Below are positions 38,076-51,369 of a DNA stretch of 54,784 nt, piece after piece; positions within the stretch are counted from its first letter, which is position 1, and each line of letters starts with the position of its first letter. The position numbers and the translations under genes were made by a program. Origin of the DNA: Octopus bimaculoides (Eukaryota); NCBI RefSeq assembly GCF_001194135.2, contig NC_069002.1, positions 25,776,598 through 25,831,381 on the forward strand, given 5' to 3'. A model generated the notes under the pieces. It did no database searches, had not been told where the DNA came from, and was given only the letters and a program-made list of their open reading frames with translations.

Positions 38076-38741
38076 AAGAAAAGTCAAAGATTATCTGCAC
38101 TTTCGCCATAATATATCTTTATTATTGTCCCATTGTATTCTGCACATGCATGCTTATAGTTGATATTATTATGGTCATGTGACTAAAGTCTGAACCTGAT
38201 CGCACCATTTTTCTTACTGGCTTTACAGTGTAAGCATGGCTGCTCCACTAGCAATGTGCACCGAAGAAGAACAAAGAGCAGTGATCCGATTTCTCTGGTC
38301 GGAATGTGTTTCAGGTGCTGAAATTCATCGAAGGCTTTTAGCACAATACAGGGACAGTGCCCTACTACATAGAAGTGTGTTTGTGTGGATTGATTAGTTT
38401 AAAAGTGGCCGGACATGCATGACACATGAGCATGGAGCAGGACGCCTGTCAACCTCCACCACTGATGAGAAGATTCAGCAAACTCAAGAGATGGTAATGG
38501 TGAACCGATTCACTATTACCATCTCTCTGATCTTTGTTCTTTGTTTTTCTTTGGTGCACGTTGCTAGTGGAGCAGCCATTCTTACAGTGTAAAGCCAGAA
38601 AGAAAAATGAAACAATCAGGCTCAAAATGCAATCACATGACCACAATAGTACCAACTATAAGCATGCAAGCGCAGAAGACAATGCGACAATAATAAAGAT
38701 ATGTTATGGCGAAAGTGCGGATAGTTTTGGACTTCCCCTCT
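38074..38741. mobile_element. Foldback mariner derivative built from two 5' ends
   Basis: 38074-38290 is inverted at 38525-38741; from ATG 38236 MAAPLAMCTEEEQRAVIRFLWSE..AEIHRRL..FKSGRT..GAGR; right end ttggacttcccctc-t-TA. Confidence 0.8.
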
Positions 38742-38909
38742 TATAAGAACAGCTTTACATTAATCTGATGGATTATTCGGTAATTTTGCAGTGTAAAAAA
38801 AATTATTATTCTTATAGATGAATGTTGCTGATAGTGACTTTGACTAAGTCTGGTGATAACTTAACTGGCTGAAACTTTGAAGTTACTGTCAATAACATTC
38901 TTGTAAAAG

Positions 38910-38940
<31 letters not shown>

Positions 38941-39239
38941 NNNNNNNNNNNNNNNNNNNNNNNNNNNNNNNNNNNNNNNNNNNNNNNNNNNNNNNNNNNN
39001 NNNNNNNNNNNNNNNNNNNNNNNNNNNNNNNNNNNNNNNNNNNNNNNNNNNNNNNNNNNNNNNNNNNNNNNNNNNNNNNNNNNNNNNNNNNNNNNNNNNN
39101 NNNNNNNNNNNNNNNNNNNNNNNNNNNNNNNNNNNNNNNNNNNNNNNNNNNNNNNNNNNNNNNNNNNNNNNNNNNNNNNNNNNNNNNNNNNNNNNNNNNN
39201 NNNNNNNNNNNNNNNNNNNNNNNNNNNNNNNNNNNNNNN

Positions 39240-39253
39240 CGCTCTTCCGATCT
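39240..39253 (+). other. Illumina adapter remnant
   Basis: CGCTCTTCCGATCT immediately after an N gap. Confidence 0.85.
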
Positions 39254-39664
39254 ATATATATATCTAAACGAATAAAGAATGAGAATGAAGGAACATTGTG
39301 CTCATTCCATCTTCATTCATTATTATTTACTCTGCAATAAATACATTACAAATTACAATTAATGGTTATACGATCCTTGGATTTGCAGTGCTTAATTATT
39401 GCTAATCAATCAATTAATTATCAATTCATTAATTGGTTAATTAATGAGATCGATTAATGCCGGTGCTCTTCTTTGAGCAGTCTCTTAGCCAAATACTCAC
39501 CTGAAGTGCTACTAAGGTGATAGTCCTGAGAGGATGTATGCCTACTATTAAGATATATATCTATGCAGATACACACATCCACGCGCACACACACACACAC
39601 AAAGACACACATACACATACACACAAGGGCACATACACACACACTCACACACATGTATATATAC

Positions 39665-39819
39665 ACAGGTGTGGCTATGTGGTAAGAAGTTTGCTTCCCA
39701 ACTACATGGTTCAGGTTCACTCCCATGGTGTGAGACCTTGGGCGAATATCTTTTACTATAGCTTCAGGCCCATCAAAGGATTCTGAGTTGATTTGCTAGA
39801 CAAAACCTGAAAGAAGCCC

Positions 39820-39864
<45 letters not shown>

Positions 39865-40060
39865 CTCTTCCACCATCACTTGACAACTGGTACTGGTGTG
39901 TTTACATTCCTGTGACTTAACAGTTCAGCAAACGAATCTGACAGATTGAAAGAAAGGAAAGAAAAAGGTATTGGAGTTGATTCGTTCGACTAAAATTCTT
40001 CAAGGCAGTGCCCCAGCATGGCCGCAGTCTAATGACAGAAACAAGTAAAAGATAAAAGAT
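39665..40060 (+). mobile_element. Family A SINE
   Basis: Head, TG microsatellite and tail are all present. Confidence 0.8.
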
Positions 40061-40099
40061 ACATACACACATAAATACAAATAAATAAATAAATATATA

Positions 40100-40440
40100 T
40101 CATCATCATCATCATCACCATCATCAACATCATTTGATGTCCACTTTCCAAGCTGGTATGGGTTGGACAGTTTGACAGCAGCTGGCCAGCTAGATGACTG
40201 CATTGCATTCTACTGTCTCTTTTGGCTTGGGTTTTATGGTTTCAATGCCCTTCCTAACACCATCTACGCTACAAAGTGCACTGGGTGAATTTTATGTGGC
40301 ACCAGCACTGGTGAGGCATGTCTTGGTATGGTTTTTACAGCTGGGTGCCCTTCCGTGTGCCACAACCACTTTACAGAGTGGACTGGATGCTTTTTTTACA
40401 TGGCACCACCATCAGGGAAGTCACCAAGTAACTTGCATGA
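40100..40440 (-). mobile_element. Family B RTE-tail element
   Basis: (CAT)n, ggtatgggttggacagtttgac, gcccttcctaacacc. Confidence 0.75.
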
Positions 40441-40504
40441 CGAAGATCCTTTGAGAGGAGGGGCAGTATTAGAGACGGTGGTTTTGTGCCAGGTGATGAG
40501 AGGG

Positions 40505-40790
40505 AGGTTGCTTGTTGCAAGATCAATGTCTGATGGTCACTTGGGTTTCTATATATTGCGAGCTGGAGTGAATTACTGCTATCTCTAGCAGACAGGTGTT
40601 CCCCATTGATGATGGGTACAAATAGTCCAAAACTGTATGGTCTGGTGATCCCATTGTCTGCTAGAAGATGGTAGGGGTTTGTGCCCTCTGATTGCAATAT
40701 ACATCGGGTGCAGATTGCATTGATAACCAGCTGGAGGAGGTTCCTCCTGGGGTTAAAAATGGTAGTAATGTCGATTCTGTGGAGCAGGTT
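40505..40790 (+). mobile_element. Solo arm of the 37.4-38.0 kb family with a decayed hammerhead (40599-40650)
   Basis: Colinear with 37720-38000; core mutated to TTGATGA..AAAA. Confidence 0.85.
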
Positions 40791-40844
40791 ATTTTGCTAT
40801 AAAAGAGATACATGCTTACCCCAGTCAGTGGGAGAGAAAGAGAG

Positions 40845-40878
<34 letters not shown>

Positions 40879-41882
40879 NNNNNNNNNNNNNNNNNNNNNN
40901 NNNNNNNNNNNNNNNNNNNNNNTGTGTGTGTGTGTGTGTGTATTTGTGTGAATGAGAATGTGAGACAGCAAGTGTGAGAGAGAGCAAAAGAGAGAAGGAG
41001 CTGATGTGCCACAGCATACTCTTGTGAGTGCGCGCTTGTGAGTGAGTGCGTGTGTGCAGGTGCGTGCGTATATAGATATATGCGTGCATGCGATAATATG
41101 CGCAGTTTTAGACGCAGTAATTTCCCTTTGTTTGATGGTCATTTTTCACAGGAATTTTCAATTGGTTGGATANNNNNNNNNNGTGAGACAGCAAGTGTGA
41201 GAGAGAGCAAAAGAGAGAAGGAGCTGATGTGCCACAGCATACTCTTGTGAGTGCGCGCTTGTGAGTGAGTGCGTGTGTGCAGGTGCGTGCGTATATAGAT
41301 ATATGCGTGCATGCGATAATATGCGCAGTTTTAGACGCAGTAATTTCCCTTTGTTTGATGNNNNNNNNNNNNNNNNNNNNNNNNNNNNNNNNNNNNNNNN
41401 NNNNNNNNNNNNNNNNNNNNNNNNNNNNNNNNNNNNNNNNNNNNNNNNNNNNNNNNNNNNNNNNNNNNNNNNNNNNNNNNNNNNNNNNNNNNNNNNNNNN
41501 NNNNNNNNNNNNNNNNNNNNNNNNNNNNNNNNNNNNNNNNNNNNNNNNNNNNNNNNNNNNNNNNNNNNNNNNNNNNNNNNNNNNNNNNNNNNNNNNNNNN
41601 NNNNNNNNNNNNNNNNNNNNNNNNNNNNNNNNNNNNNNNNNNNNNNNNNNNNNNNNNNNNNNNNNNNNNNNNNNNNNNNNNNNNNNNNNNNNNNNNNNNN
41701 NNNNNNNNNNNNNNNNNNNNNNNNNNNNNNNNNNNNNNNNNNNNNNNNNNNNNNNNNNNNNNNNNNNNNNNNNNNNNNNNNNNNNNNNNNNNNNNNNNNN
41801 NNNNNNNNNNNNNNNNNNNNNNNNNNNNNNNNNNNNNNNNNNNNNNNNNNNNNNNNNNNNNNNNNNNNNNNNNNNNNNNNNN

Positions 41883-42235
41883 TGTGCCACCTGCACAAGA
41901 GCCAGTCCAGGGGCACTGGCAACGATCTCGCTCGAAATTCCATAGACATGCCGTGGGCACAAGTGCCAGAAAGGCGATGCTGGGCACAGGTGCCATCACA
42001 AATTCGCTTTCGCTTGCCCCAATAAGTCTTCGCAAGCTGAGTTTCGTGGCATGGGTTGGACGGTTTGACTGCGAACTGGTGAGCCAGAAGGCTGCACCAG
42101 TCTCCACTCTGATCTGGCAAAGCTTCTACTGCTGGATGCCCTTCCTAACGCCTACCACTCGAAGAGCGTAGTTGGAGTTTTTACTGGCATTGGCCACGCT
42201 CAAATGGTGCTTTTTTAAATGCTACAGGCACAGAC
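41883..42235 (-). mobile_element. Family B RTE-tail element pieces
   Basis: ggcatgggttggacggtttgac..ggatgcccttcctaacgcc. Confidence 0.75.
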
Positions 42236-42421
42236 GCCAGTCAGTGAGCTTGGGAACGATCACACACACACACATATTTAGTTCTACACAGCACCAGCTA
42301 TTTTGCTCAATCTGTTGTAGAGCAGATATTATTTCCAGAAGTTCATTGAAATTAAGTTTCATGAGATTAAAAATTTTTACTTTAACAAAGCAGGTACCTT
42401 TATATACTATACCAACACTAA

Positions 42422-42455
<34 letters not shown>

Positions 42456-42632
42456 CCATATGTACATATATACGCACACATACATACGTATATGCATATA
42501 TACGCATACATATATAGATATATACATACATACATACATACATACATACATACATACATACACACACATATACATGCATGCATGCATACATGCATACATA
42601 CATGCATACATACATGCATACACACACATGCA

Positions 42633-42663
<31 letters not shown>

Positions 42664-45600
42664 GTAGTTTGCACTGAACCAAGATATAAAGACAAGTCTA
42701 TCTTTGAAGATGCTATCATTCACAACTGCCACGAAAGGGGAGAAGCGACAGTGCAGAGTAGAGATGTGTTGCAGAAATATCTAACACCATATTCTTCAAA
42801 GTCAATATGTGTATGCATCTTCTTTGGAATGGAATTATGAAATATCTTAGGAAAAGATCAATGAACAGATGTGCTGTAACCATGTTAAAGGCCATGCAGC
42901 ATCTTCGCCTGTCAAGAATTAATAGCCTGCGGTTTGACAAGAGAAACCCACCAAGACCATTTCAATGAGAGAGAAATCTCGAGAAAACAGTCTCCATGAA
43001 GACAGGGAGGGCAGAAAAATCAATTAATATGATAAGTAGCCGAAAGAAAAAAGAAAAGGTTAGTCACCTGTAACTTTGGAATATGTTGATCCTTTGAAAA
43101 TTAATGTCCCTGATTACAGCTGATAGTTTAAAGTATTAACTTTCAATTGATCAGTGAAAATGGCTCATTTAATATCGTTCATGCAAATCAAATTTAAATG
43201 TCAACTTTGAAAGAAGTATATCACTTGGACCCCTGGAAAGGCAGAGGCAAGCAGGTGGCTGGCTGGCTGGCTGGCTGGCTAGCTGGGTTGGTCAGAGCAT
43301 GATTGGATTAATTGGATGAAGATACCATTTGACTAACTTGAAAAGCAGCCATTGTAATTGACTATCAAGGAATGTTGTTGTAGATAGCACAGCTAGAACT
43401 AATTCTAACAATGGTCACTAACTGAACCATGAAGCATATTCAATGTTGCAGCCAAGGACAGAGATATGTGGAATGGAATCTTAGAATCTTGATGGATTTC
43501 TTGCTATATATATATGTATAACATATACATACATACATACATATATATATTTATTTATANNNNNNNNNNNNNNNNNNNNNNNNNNNNNNNNNNNNNNNNN
43601 NNNNNNNNNNNNNNNNNNNNNNNNNNNATATATATATATATATATACATATACACACATACATATATAGTCAATGCATATTTTGCTAATTACAAACTTTT
43701 AAGACTTCTAAAAGTAGCTCAAGGCAGTGAACTGGCAGTCATTAGATTCTTAAGTAGACTGCCTTGCATTATTCGTTCAAGCTTGCAGCATTCTGAGTTT
43801 GAATCTCACAGACCAATTTCAAATTCTTCACTGACCAAATTCCATCCTCTTTCTTATCTTTTCTCCTTTGTCTTTGGTAGTTGATTTGTTTTGGTTCTGA
43901 TGAAGATATCATTGTGGAGGTGGTTCCCTATATTTTTTTCACGTGCTCAATCAATTTTATTGATAAAATTCAGTCATGAATGCATCCAAATTCATATCTG
44001 AAACAGCTGTAAGGCTACAATAAGAAAGTAATTGTATATAATGCATTATTTCTGGTTATTTTATGCAATCATGGATTTACAAATTTGACAAGTGATGCAC
44101 TTTGACTTTGGCATTCAACTTCAGATTACCTGAAGTATGGATCACAAGAGTTTTTTGCTAGCTTACCTGAAGTGTAATATGGACCACAAGACTTTTTTGT
44201 TAGCCTGGTGTATTTTTAACTACAGAAAGCTTAAGAAGTATTTCATCAGGATTAATATCCCTAATAAACCCCTCCTTGTTTTGATATATATTTATATGTA
44301 TATTTTATATGTGTGTTTATGTTGATGTCATATCTATTATGCTACTAATAATATTATGAAACAGCTGTAAACACCTATTCTCTCACCTCACTTCTCATAT
44401 CTGCTCTCTTTCCCCATCTCTCCTCTATCTCCCCCCATCTCTCTCTACCCTCTTTTCCCTCCCCATCTCTCTCCCATCTCTCTCTACCCTGTCCTCTTCT
44501 CTCTCTCTCCCTTTCCCCCTCTCTATATATTTGTGTATTAAGTTTCCATTGGTTTCATGTTAGGAAATACTTCAACAATTATCAGGCCTATCACATGGAG
44601 ACATCAGAGTTTGTTTCCATTTTGGATTACAACATCATGTGACAAGCTTGAAAATTATTGAGGTATTCCTTAACATGAAACCAATGTTAGCTTTAATACA
44701 CGAATAAAGCATTTTAATCCACGCATGCCATGTTGAGCACTCACTCTCATCGTTCGATATTTATATATGTATATATGTATATATATGCATAATATACATC
44801 TTGTCCAGTAAATTTCAAATGTATGAAGTGATTATAACTTCTATACCATAATCTCATAGATATTTGTGATTCACTTCTATCTAATTGCAGGGGAAAAAAT
44901 AACTATTAAAATAAAACAGAAATGACAATAACAATAAAAACATTAATAAAAGTGAAAAAATGACGCACAAAAGATTAAAATGAAAAAAAAAACTGTTGTG
45001 ATAGAAACCAAAAAACATTAAAAAATTTTTAAAAAGCAAGAAATAGACACACATATACAAAAAAAATGTGTGTCTTCTGATTACTTATCTATAGTTAATC
45101 GATCAGAAATTTCAGTTTTAAATGTCTGTCGGCTGAAAGTATGAATATGTTTGAAAAAAATAAATAAATAACAAATTCTTGGAATAAAAAATACCAAAAA
45201 AACCCCATATTCTTACTCAACAGCAGAAGTAATTAAAGAAGAGGAAATCAATTGAAATTCTTATTTCTATAATAATCCGACCAACTTAGAGTCCAACTGG
45301 AATAATTTTTGATGCTGTTTTTTTTTTTTTTTTTACCAAAGAACAGAAGTTGTTACAGCTATAGGCACCAGGTGAGGGCTCTCTGTCTTGCTTTTTTTTT
45401 CTTGCTGTCTTCTTTCCTTTTTTTTTCCTTGCTTCATCATTTCTTGCTTCGCCATTTCTTGGTTTCTTTCTTTCTTTTTCTTTTTTTCTTTTTCCTTTCT
45501 TTCCTTTCTTCATTCCTTCTCTCTTCCTTTTTTTCTTCGCTTATGACTTTCTTTTTTCTTTTATCCTTTCACTTCTTTCTTTCTTTCTTTCTCTATCTAT

Positions 45601-45989
45601 CTTTCTTTCTTTCTTTATCTATCTTTCTGTCTGCCTGTCTGTCTATCTATCTTTCTTCTTCTTTCTCTTTCTTTCTATCTACCTCTCTTTCTTTCTATCT
45701 ACCTCTCTTTCTTTCTCTTTCTTTTTTATCTATCTGTCTATCTATCTATCTACCTACCTACCTACTTACCATTCTTTCTTCCCTTATTTCTTTCCTCCTT
45801 TCTTTCCTTCCTTCATTCCTTCCATTCACTCCTTCCTCTCGTTGATTCATTCATTCCTGGCAGGTGTTGGCACACAACAATCCAAGAACAATCACAAGCT
45901 CAATCTTACAAGTCTCAGAGTACCTACATAGGACGAAATTTACAGATACTTTCTCTCCTCCTGGGCCAGCAAATACAAAAAAAAAAGAG

Positions 45990-46167
45990 CAAGGATCCCC
46001 AAACATTTTAGACCGTTGACCCCTCATCAATCGCCACCCCAGGCATGTAAAAGAAAATAAATAAATAATAACAATAATAAAGTAGATGTGCATTTATTGA
46101 CCCCTTGAATAGTCCCATTGACCCCCCCCCCCCCAGGGTTTGATATCGACCACTCTGAAGACCCTTG
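45990..46167. mobile_element. Possible hAT-type MITE
   Basis: Imperfect ends caaggatccccaaac / gaagacccttg; no matching 8-bp TSD. Confidence 0.3.
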
Positions 46168-46279
46168 ATCTAGCGTAATTAAGTCAAGTGATGTGAGCCT
46201 TCACTTCACAGCTTTAAGCCCGGAGATGCAAGACATCAATGATTCATTCTAGTATAACCATTTGAGGGGGGGGGGGGAC

Positions 46280-46452
46280 TAGTTAGTTACATTGATTCCA
46301 GTATGCAACTGGTACTTGTATTATCGATCATAAAAGGAGGAGAGAAAAAGTCAGCTTTGGTGGAATTTGAACTCAGAACATGAAGACAGATGGAACACTT
46401 CTAAGCACTTTGCCCAGCGTGCTAACGATTCTGCCAACTTATTACCTTAATA

Positions 46453-46508
<56 letters not shown>

Positions 46509-47010
46509 CATCATCATCATCATCGTTTAACGTCCGCTTTCCATGCTAGCATGGGTTGGACGATTTGACTGAGGACTGGTGAAACCGGATGGCAACACCA
46601 GGCTCCAGTCTGATTTGGCAGAGTTTCTACAGCTGGATGCCCTTCCTAACGCCAACCACTCAGAGAGTGTAGTGGGTGCTTTTACGTGTCACCCGCACAA
46701 CAATAATGATAATAATGGTTTCAAATTTTACCACAAGGGCAGCAATTTTGGGGAGATGGGATGAGTCGATTGCATCGACCCAGTACGCAACTGGTATTTA
46801 TTTTATTGACCCTGAAAGTATGAAAGGCAAAGTCAATCTCAGGGGAATTTGAACTCAGGACGTTAACATTGACGAAATGCTACTAAGCATTTTACCTGGC
46901 ATGCTAGTGCCATATCTCATGGCAGAATTTGAACTCAGAACATAGCAGCAGAAGAAACATCACTAAGCATTTCGCCCGGCATGCTAGCAATTCTGACAGC
47001 TTGCCACCTT
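46280..47010 (-). mobile_element. Cluster of family C SINE copies and one family B copy (46510-46695)
   Basis: Repeated gaatttgaactcag..ctaagcatttt..ctgccagc units. Confidence 0.75.
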
Positions 47011-47014
47011 AGCA

Positions 47015-47026
47015 ATAATAATAGTG

Positions 47027-47095
<69 letters not shown>

Positions 47096-47143
47096 TCAAT
47101 AATAATAATGATGATAATGATGATGATAATGATGATGGTGATG

Positions 47144-47195
<52 letters not shown>

Positions 47196-47272
47196 TAATA
47201 ATAATAATAATGATAATGATATCAATAATAATAATGATGATAATGATGATGATAATGATGATAATGATGATG

Positions 47273-47320
<48 letters not shown>
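47015..47320. repeat. Compound (AAT)/(GAT) microsatellite with a duplicated higher-order block
   Basis: gataatgatatcaataataataatgatgataatgatgatgataatgatg occurs twice. Confidence 0.95.
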
Positions 47321-47560
47321 GTAGGTGCCTTAGGTATAATAAAAAAATATTCAGACAAATACATAACAAAAACACCAGGACTTACAAATATATATAACAT
47401 ACAGAAAATTGCACTACTGGGTACTGCACACATTCTACGCAAAACACTTTCAATACAGTAAACATAAGAGCACCACAGCAAACCACAGCACATACCCAAG
47501 GCGCACAGAGCTGCGCTCGGTAGTGAAGTGAAAGCACGTTATAAAAATAAAACTACTGAA
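47321..47560 (+). mobile_element. 3' fragment of an R4/Dong-clade element inside (TAA)n
   Basis: VGALGIIKKYSDKYITKTPGLTNIYNIQKIALLGTAHILRKTLSIQ*, a ~100-bp 3' UTR, then (TAA)n. Confidence 0.85.
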
Positions 47561-47984
47561 TAATAATAATAATAATAATCCTTTCTACTAAAGACACAAG
47601 GCCTGAAATTTTGAAGGGAGGGGACTAGTCGATTTAATTAACTCCAATATTTCACTGGTACTTAGTTTATCAACCATGAAAGGATTAAAGGCAGAGTTGG
47701 CGTTGGTGCTCAGAATGGGCAGACAGATGGAATGCTTCTAAGCATTTTGCCCAGCATGCTAATGATTCTGCCAGCTCATTACCTTAATAATAATAATAGC
47801 AACTCTACATAAAGAGCAAATCCGTTTCCCGCAATACAGGCAAATTTCTCTCAGTGAACAAAGAGAAAAATGTGCAGAGAGCATCAAACCAAATTTCACA
47901 GTCTTCCCCTTCTACCAGTGCAAAGACACAATCTCTCCACAAGAACGTCTAAATAAAGAAGCTTCTTCATTGAAAAATACAGCG

Positions 47985-48370
47985 CAGGAGTGGCTGTGTG
48001 GTAAGTAGCTTGCTTCCAAATCACATGGTTCCAGGTTCAGTCCCACTGTATGGCACCTCGGGTAAGTGTCTTCTACTATAGCCTCGGGCCGACCAAAGCC
48101 TTGTGAGTGGATTTGGTAGACAGAAACTGAAAGAAGCCCGTCGTATATATGTATATATGTATATGTATGTGTGTGTATATGTTTGTGTGTCTGTGTTTCT
48201 CCCCCAACATCGCTTGACAACCAATGGAGGTGCGTTTACGTCCCCATAACATAGCGGTTCGGCAAAAGAGACCGATAGAATAAGTACTAGGCTTACAAAG
48301 AATAAGTCCTGGGGTCGATTTGCTTGACTAAAGGCGGTGCTCCAGTATGGCCACAGTCAAATGACTGAAA
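47985..48370 (+). mobile_element. Full family A SINE, well preserved
   Basis: ggagtggctgtgtggtaagtagcttgc..cacagtcaaatgactgaa; CpGs retained. Confidence 0.9.
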
Positions 48371-48745
48371 NNNNNNNNNNNNNNNNNNNNNNNNNNNNNN
48401 NNNNNNNNNNNNNNNNNNNNNNNNNNNNNNNNNNNNNNNNNNNNNNNNNNNNNNNNNNNNNNNNNNNNNNNNNNNNNNNNNNNNNNNNNNNNNNNNNNNN
48501 NNNNNNNNNNNNNNNNNNNNNNNNNNNNNNNNNNNNNNNNNNNNNNNNNNNNNNNNNNNNNNNNNNNNNNNNNNNNNNNNNNNNNNNNNNNNNNNNNNNN
48601 NNNNNNNNNNNNNNNNNNNNNNNNNNNNNNNNNNNNNNNNNNNNNNNNNNNNNNNNNNNNNNNNNNNNNNNNNNNNNNNNNNNNNNNNNNNNNNNNNNNN
48701 NNNNNNNNNNNNNNNNNNNNNNNNNNNNNNNNNNNNNNNNNNNNN

Positions 48746-48746
<1 letters not shown>

Positions 48747-48777
<31 letters not shown>

Positions 48778-48990
48778 TATCATCATCACCACCACCACCA
48801 CCACCACCACCACCACCACCACCATCATCATTTATTGTCCACTTTCCATACTGGCATGGGTTGGACAGTTTGACTGAGGACTGGCAAGCCAAGAGGCTGC
48901 ACCAGGCTCCAATCTGATCTGGCAAGGTTTCTACAGCTGGATGCCCTTCCTAACAGCAACCATTCCATGAGTGTAGTGGGTGCCTTTGTA
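48747..48990 (-). mobile_element. Family B RTE-tail element
   Basis: (CAT/CAC)n, ggcatgggttggacagtttgactgagg. Confidence 0.8.
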
Positions 48991-49014
48991 CATGTGTGTG
49001 TATACATGTAGTGA

Positions 49015-49250
49015 AGGTGCATAGCCTTGTGGTTAAAGTGTTGCACCCATGATTGTGAGATTGTGGTTTTGTTCCCCAGACTGGGCAGTACATTGGGTTC
49101 TTGAGCAAAACACTTCATTTCATGTTGCGCTGCTTCCATTTCAACATCTGACATGTGCAAACTTGTGCACCTGAACAGGTAACGTTGATTTGATGGAGAG
49201 AGAGTGAGATTATGTGCAACACAAACATTTGTTCACTAACAACAAACTGT
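49015..49250 (+). mobile_element. Family D SINE
   Basis: gcatagccttgtggttaaagtgttg head; ttgagcaaaacactt core. Confidence 0.6.
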
Positions 49251-49536
49251 GTGGTTGCTCAGTAGGAAACTGTGGGATTTTCCTGTTGTTAGTCGACAGA
49301 CTAACAACAGGAAAATCTATAACATGTATATGTATCGCACCACCACCTCCGCCACCATCATCATCATTTGTCTGCCTTCCATGCTGGCATGGGTTGGACG
49401 GTGTGACAGGGGCTGGCCAGGCAGGAGCCTACACCAGACTTCTGTGTATATTTTGGCATGGTTTTCCATGGCTGATGCCCTTCCTAATGCCGACAATCCA
49501 GCAGAGGGGACATGTGTGTTTGTGTGTGTGTGTGTA

Positions 49537-49581
<45 letters not shown>

Positions 49582-51240
49582 CAGCAGCAGCAGCAGCAGG
49601 AGGAACATAAATGTAAACGAAAAAGTAATTGAAGTGAAAAAAATTAAATTGAAAATCAAAGTACATTAGAATTGTGTGTGTGTGTGTGTGTAGGTGTATT
49701 TGTCTCCTTGTCCTGATATTGTGTGCATGTGTGTGTGTGTCAGTGAATGCCATTAATTTCATATCTCCTGCAAAAATATCTTTGGTCATAAAGAAATATT
49801 ACCTGGCATACAAACAGGAATGGCATTTAGCTACAAAAATTTGCCTTCAACAAACTCAGTCAAACTCATGCCAGCATGAAAAAGTGGATGTTAAAATGAC
49901 AATGTAAATAAGAATGAGTTAAATTTATTACTAAAAACAGTGTTATGTTCTTGAAATAAAAGTGTTTTTTTTTTTGGCTCATCTGGTGTGAATGGAAAAT
50001 ACTAAAATAAAAGACAGGATATCAAATATCAACATGTGTAGCGATTTAAGCACGCAAAATAAAGATATGATAAATCAATGTCTTGTTCAATTGGATTATG
50101 TTTCATATTAAGACAAACTGAACAAATGTAGACAAGGACCAACCCTGCTGTTTCTTATTCTGGGTAAGAACTGTTGTTGCAAAGGAAGGGGGTCTTCCAC
50201 TATAGCAGTCAGCAGGCCAAAGTCTCTTATAGCATGACTAAACCACAACTTTAAACAATTGAAACCAGTAGCATATTTTGATAAAAGTGTAAATATTTCC
50301 TTCTTGTTGTTCATAATAAAGTTCTCAAAGCATTTTCTCCTTTTGTTTTATATATATATANNNNNNNNNNNNNNNNNNNNNNNNNNNNNNNNNNNNNNNN
50401 NNNNNNNNNNNNNNNNNNNNNNNNNNNNNNNNNNNNNNNNNNNNNNNNNNNNNNNNNNNNNNNNNNNNNNNNNNNNNNNNNNNNNNNNNNNNNNNNNNNN
50501 NNNNNNNNNNNNNNNNNNNNNNNNNNNNNNNNNNNNNNNNNNNNNNNNNNNNNNNNNNNNNNNNNNNNNNNNNNNNNNNNNNNNNNNNNNNNNNNNNNNN
50601 NNNNNNNNNNNNNNNNNNNNNNNNNNNNNNNNNNNNNNNNNNNNNNNNNNNNNNNNNNNNNNNNNNNNNNNNNNNNNNNNNNNNNNNNNNNNNNNNNNNN
50701 NNNNNNNNNNNNNNNNNNNNNNNNNNNNNNNNNNNNNNNNNNNNNNNNNNNNNNNNNNNNNNNNNNNNNNNNNNNNNNNNNNNNNNNNNNNNNNNNNNNN
50801 NNNNNNNNNNNNNNNNNNNNNNNNNNNNNNNNNNNNNNNNNNNNNNNNNNNNNNNNNNNNNNNNNNNNNNNNNNNNNNNNNNNNNNNNNNNNNNNNNNNN
50901 NNNNNNNNNNNNNNNNNNNNNNNNNNNNNNNNNNNNNNNNNNNNNNNNNNNNNNNNNNNNNNNNNNNNNNNNNNNNNNNNNNNNNNNNNNNNNNNNNNNN
51001 NNNNNNNNNNNNNNNNNNNNNNNNNNNNNNNNNNNNNNNNNNNNNNNNNNNNNNNNNNNNNNNNNNNNNNNNNNNNNNNNNNNNNNNNNNNNNNNNNNNN
51101 NNNNNNNNNNNNNNNNNNNNNNNNNNNNNNNNNNNNNNNNNNNNNNNNNNNNNNNNNNNNNNNNNNNNNNNNNNNNNNNNNNNNNNNNNNNNNNNNNNNN
51201 NNNNNNNNNNNNNNNNNNNNNNNNNNNNNNNNNNNNNNNN

Positions 51241-51301
<61 letters not shown>

Positions 51302-51369
51302 TTACTTGTGACAATCACAATTAAGCTCCTCCAGTGAACCTGGCTATCATACTGCATAGTAATCCAATA

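Noticed and set aside
42690-42840. Cys-containing stretch as a piggyBac C-terminal domain or an exon
   Set aside because: Stops in the relevant frame and no convincing motif spacing.
46590-46612. CTGAGGActggtGAAAccgg as a hammerhead
   Set aside because: Five nucleotides cannot form stem II; it is a variant of the family B tail.
50108-50314. Minus-strand exon candidate possibly splicing to 33976
   Set aside because: Weak splice sites; the phase match has a one-in-three chance; no recognisable protein.
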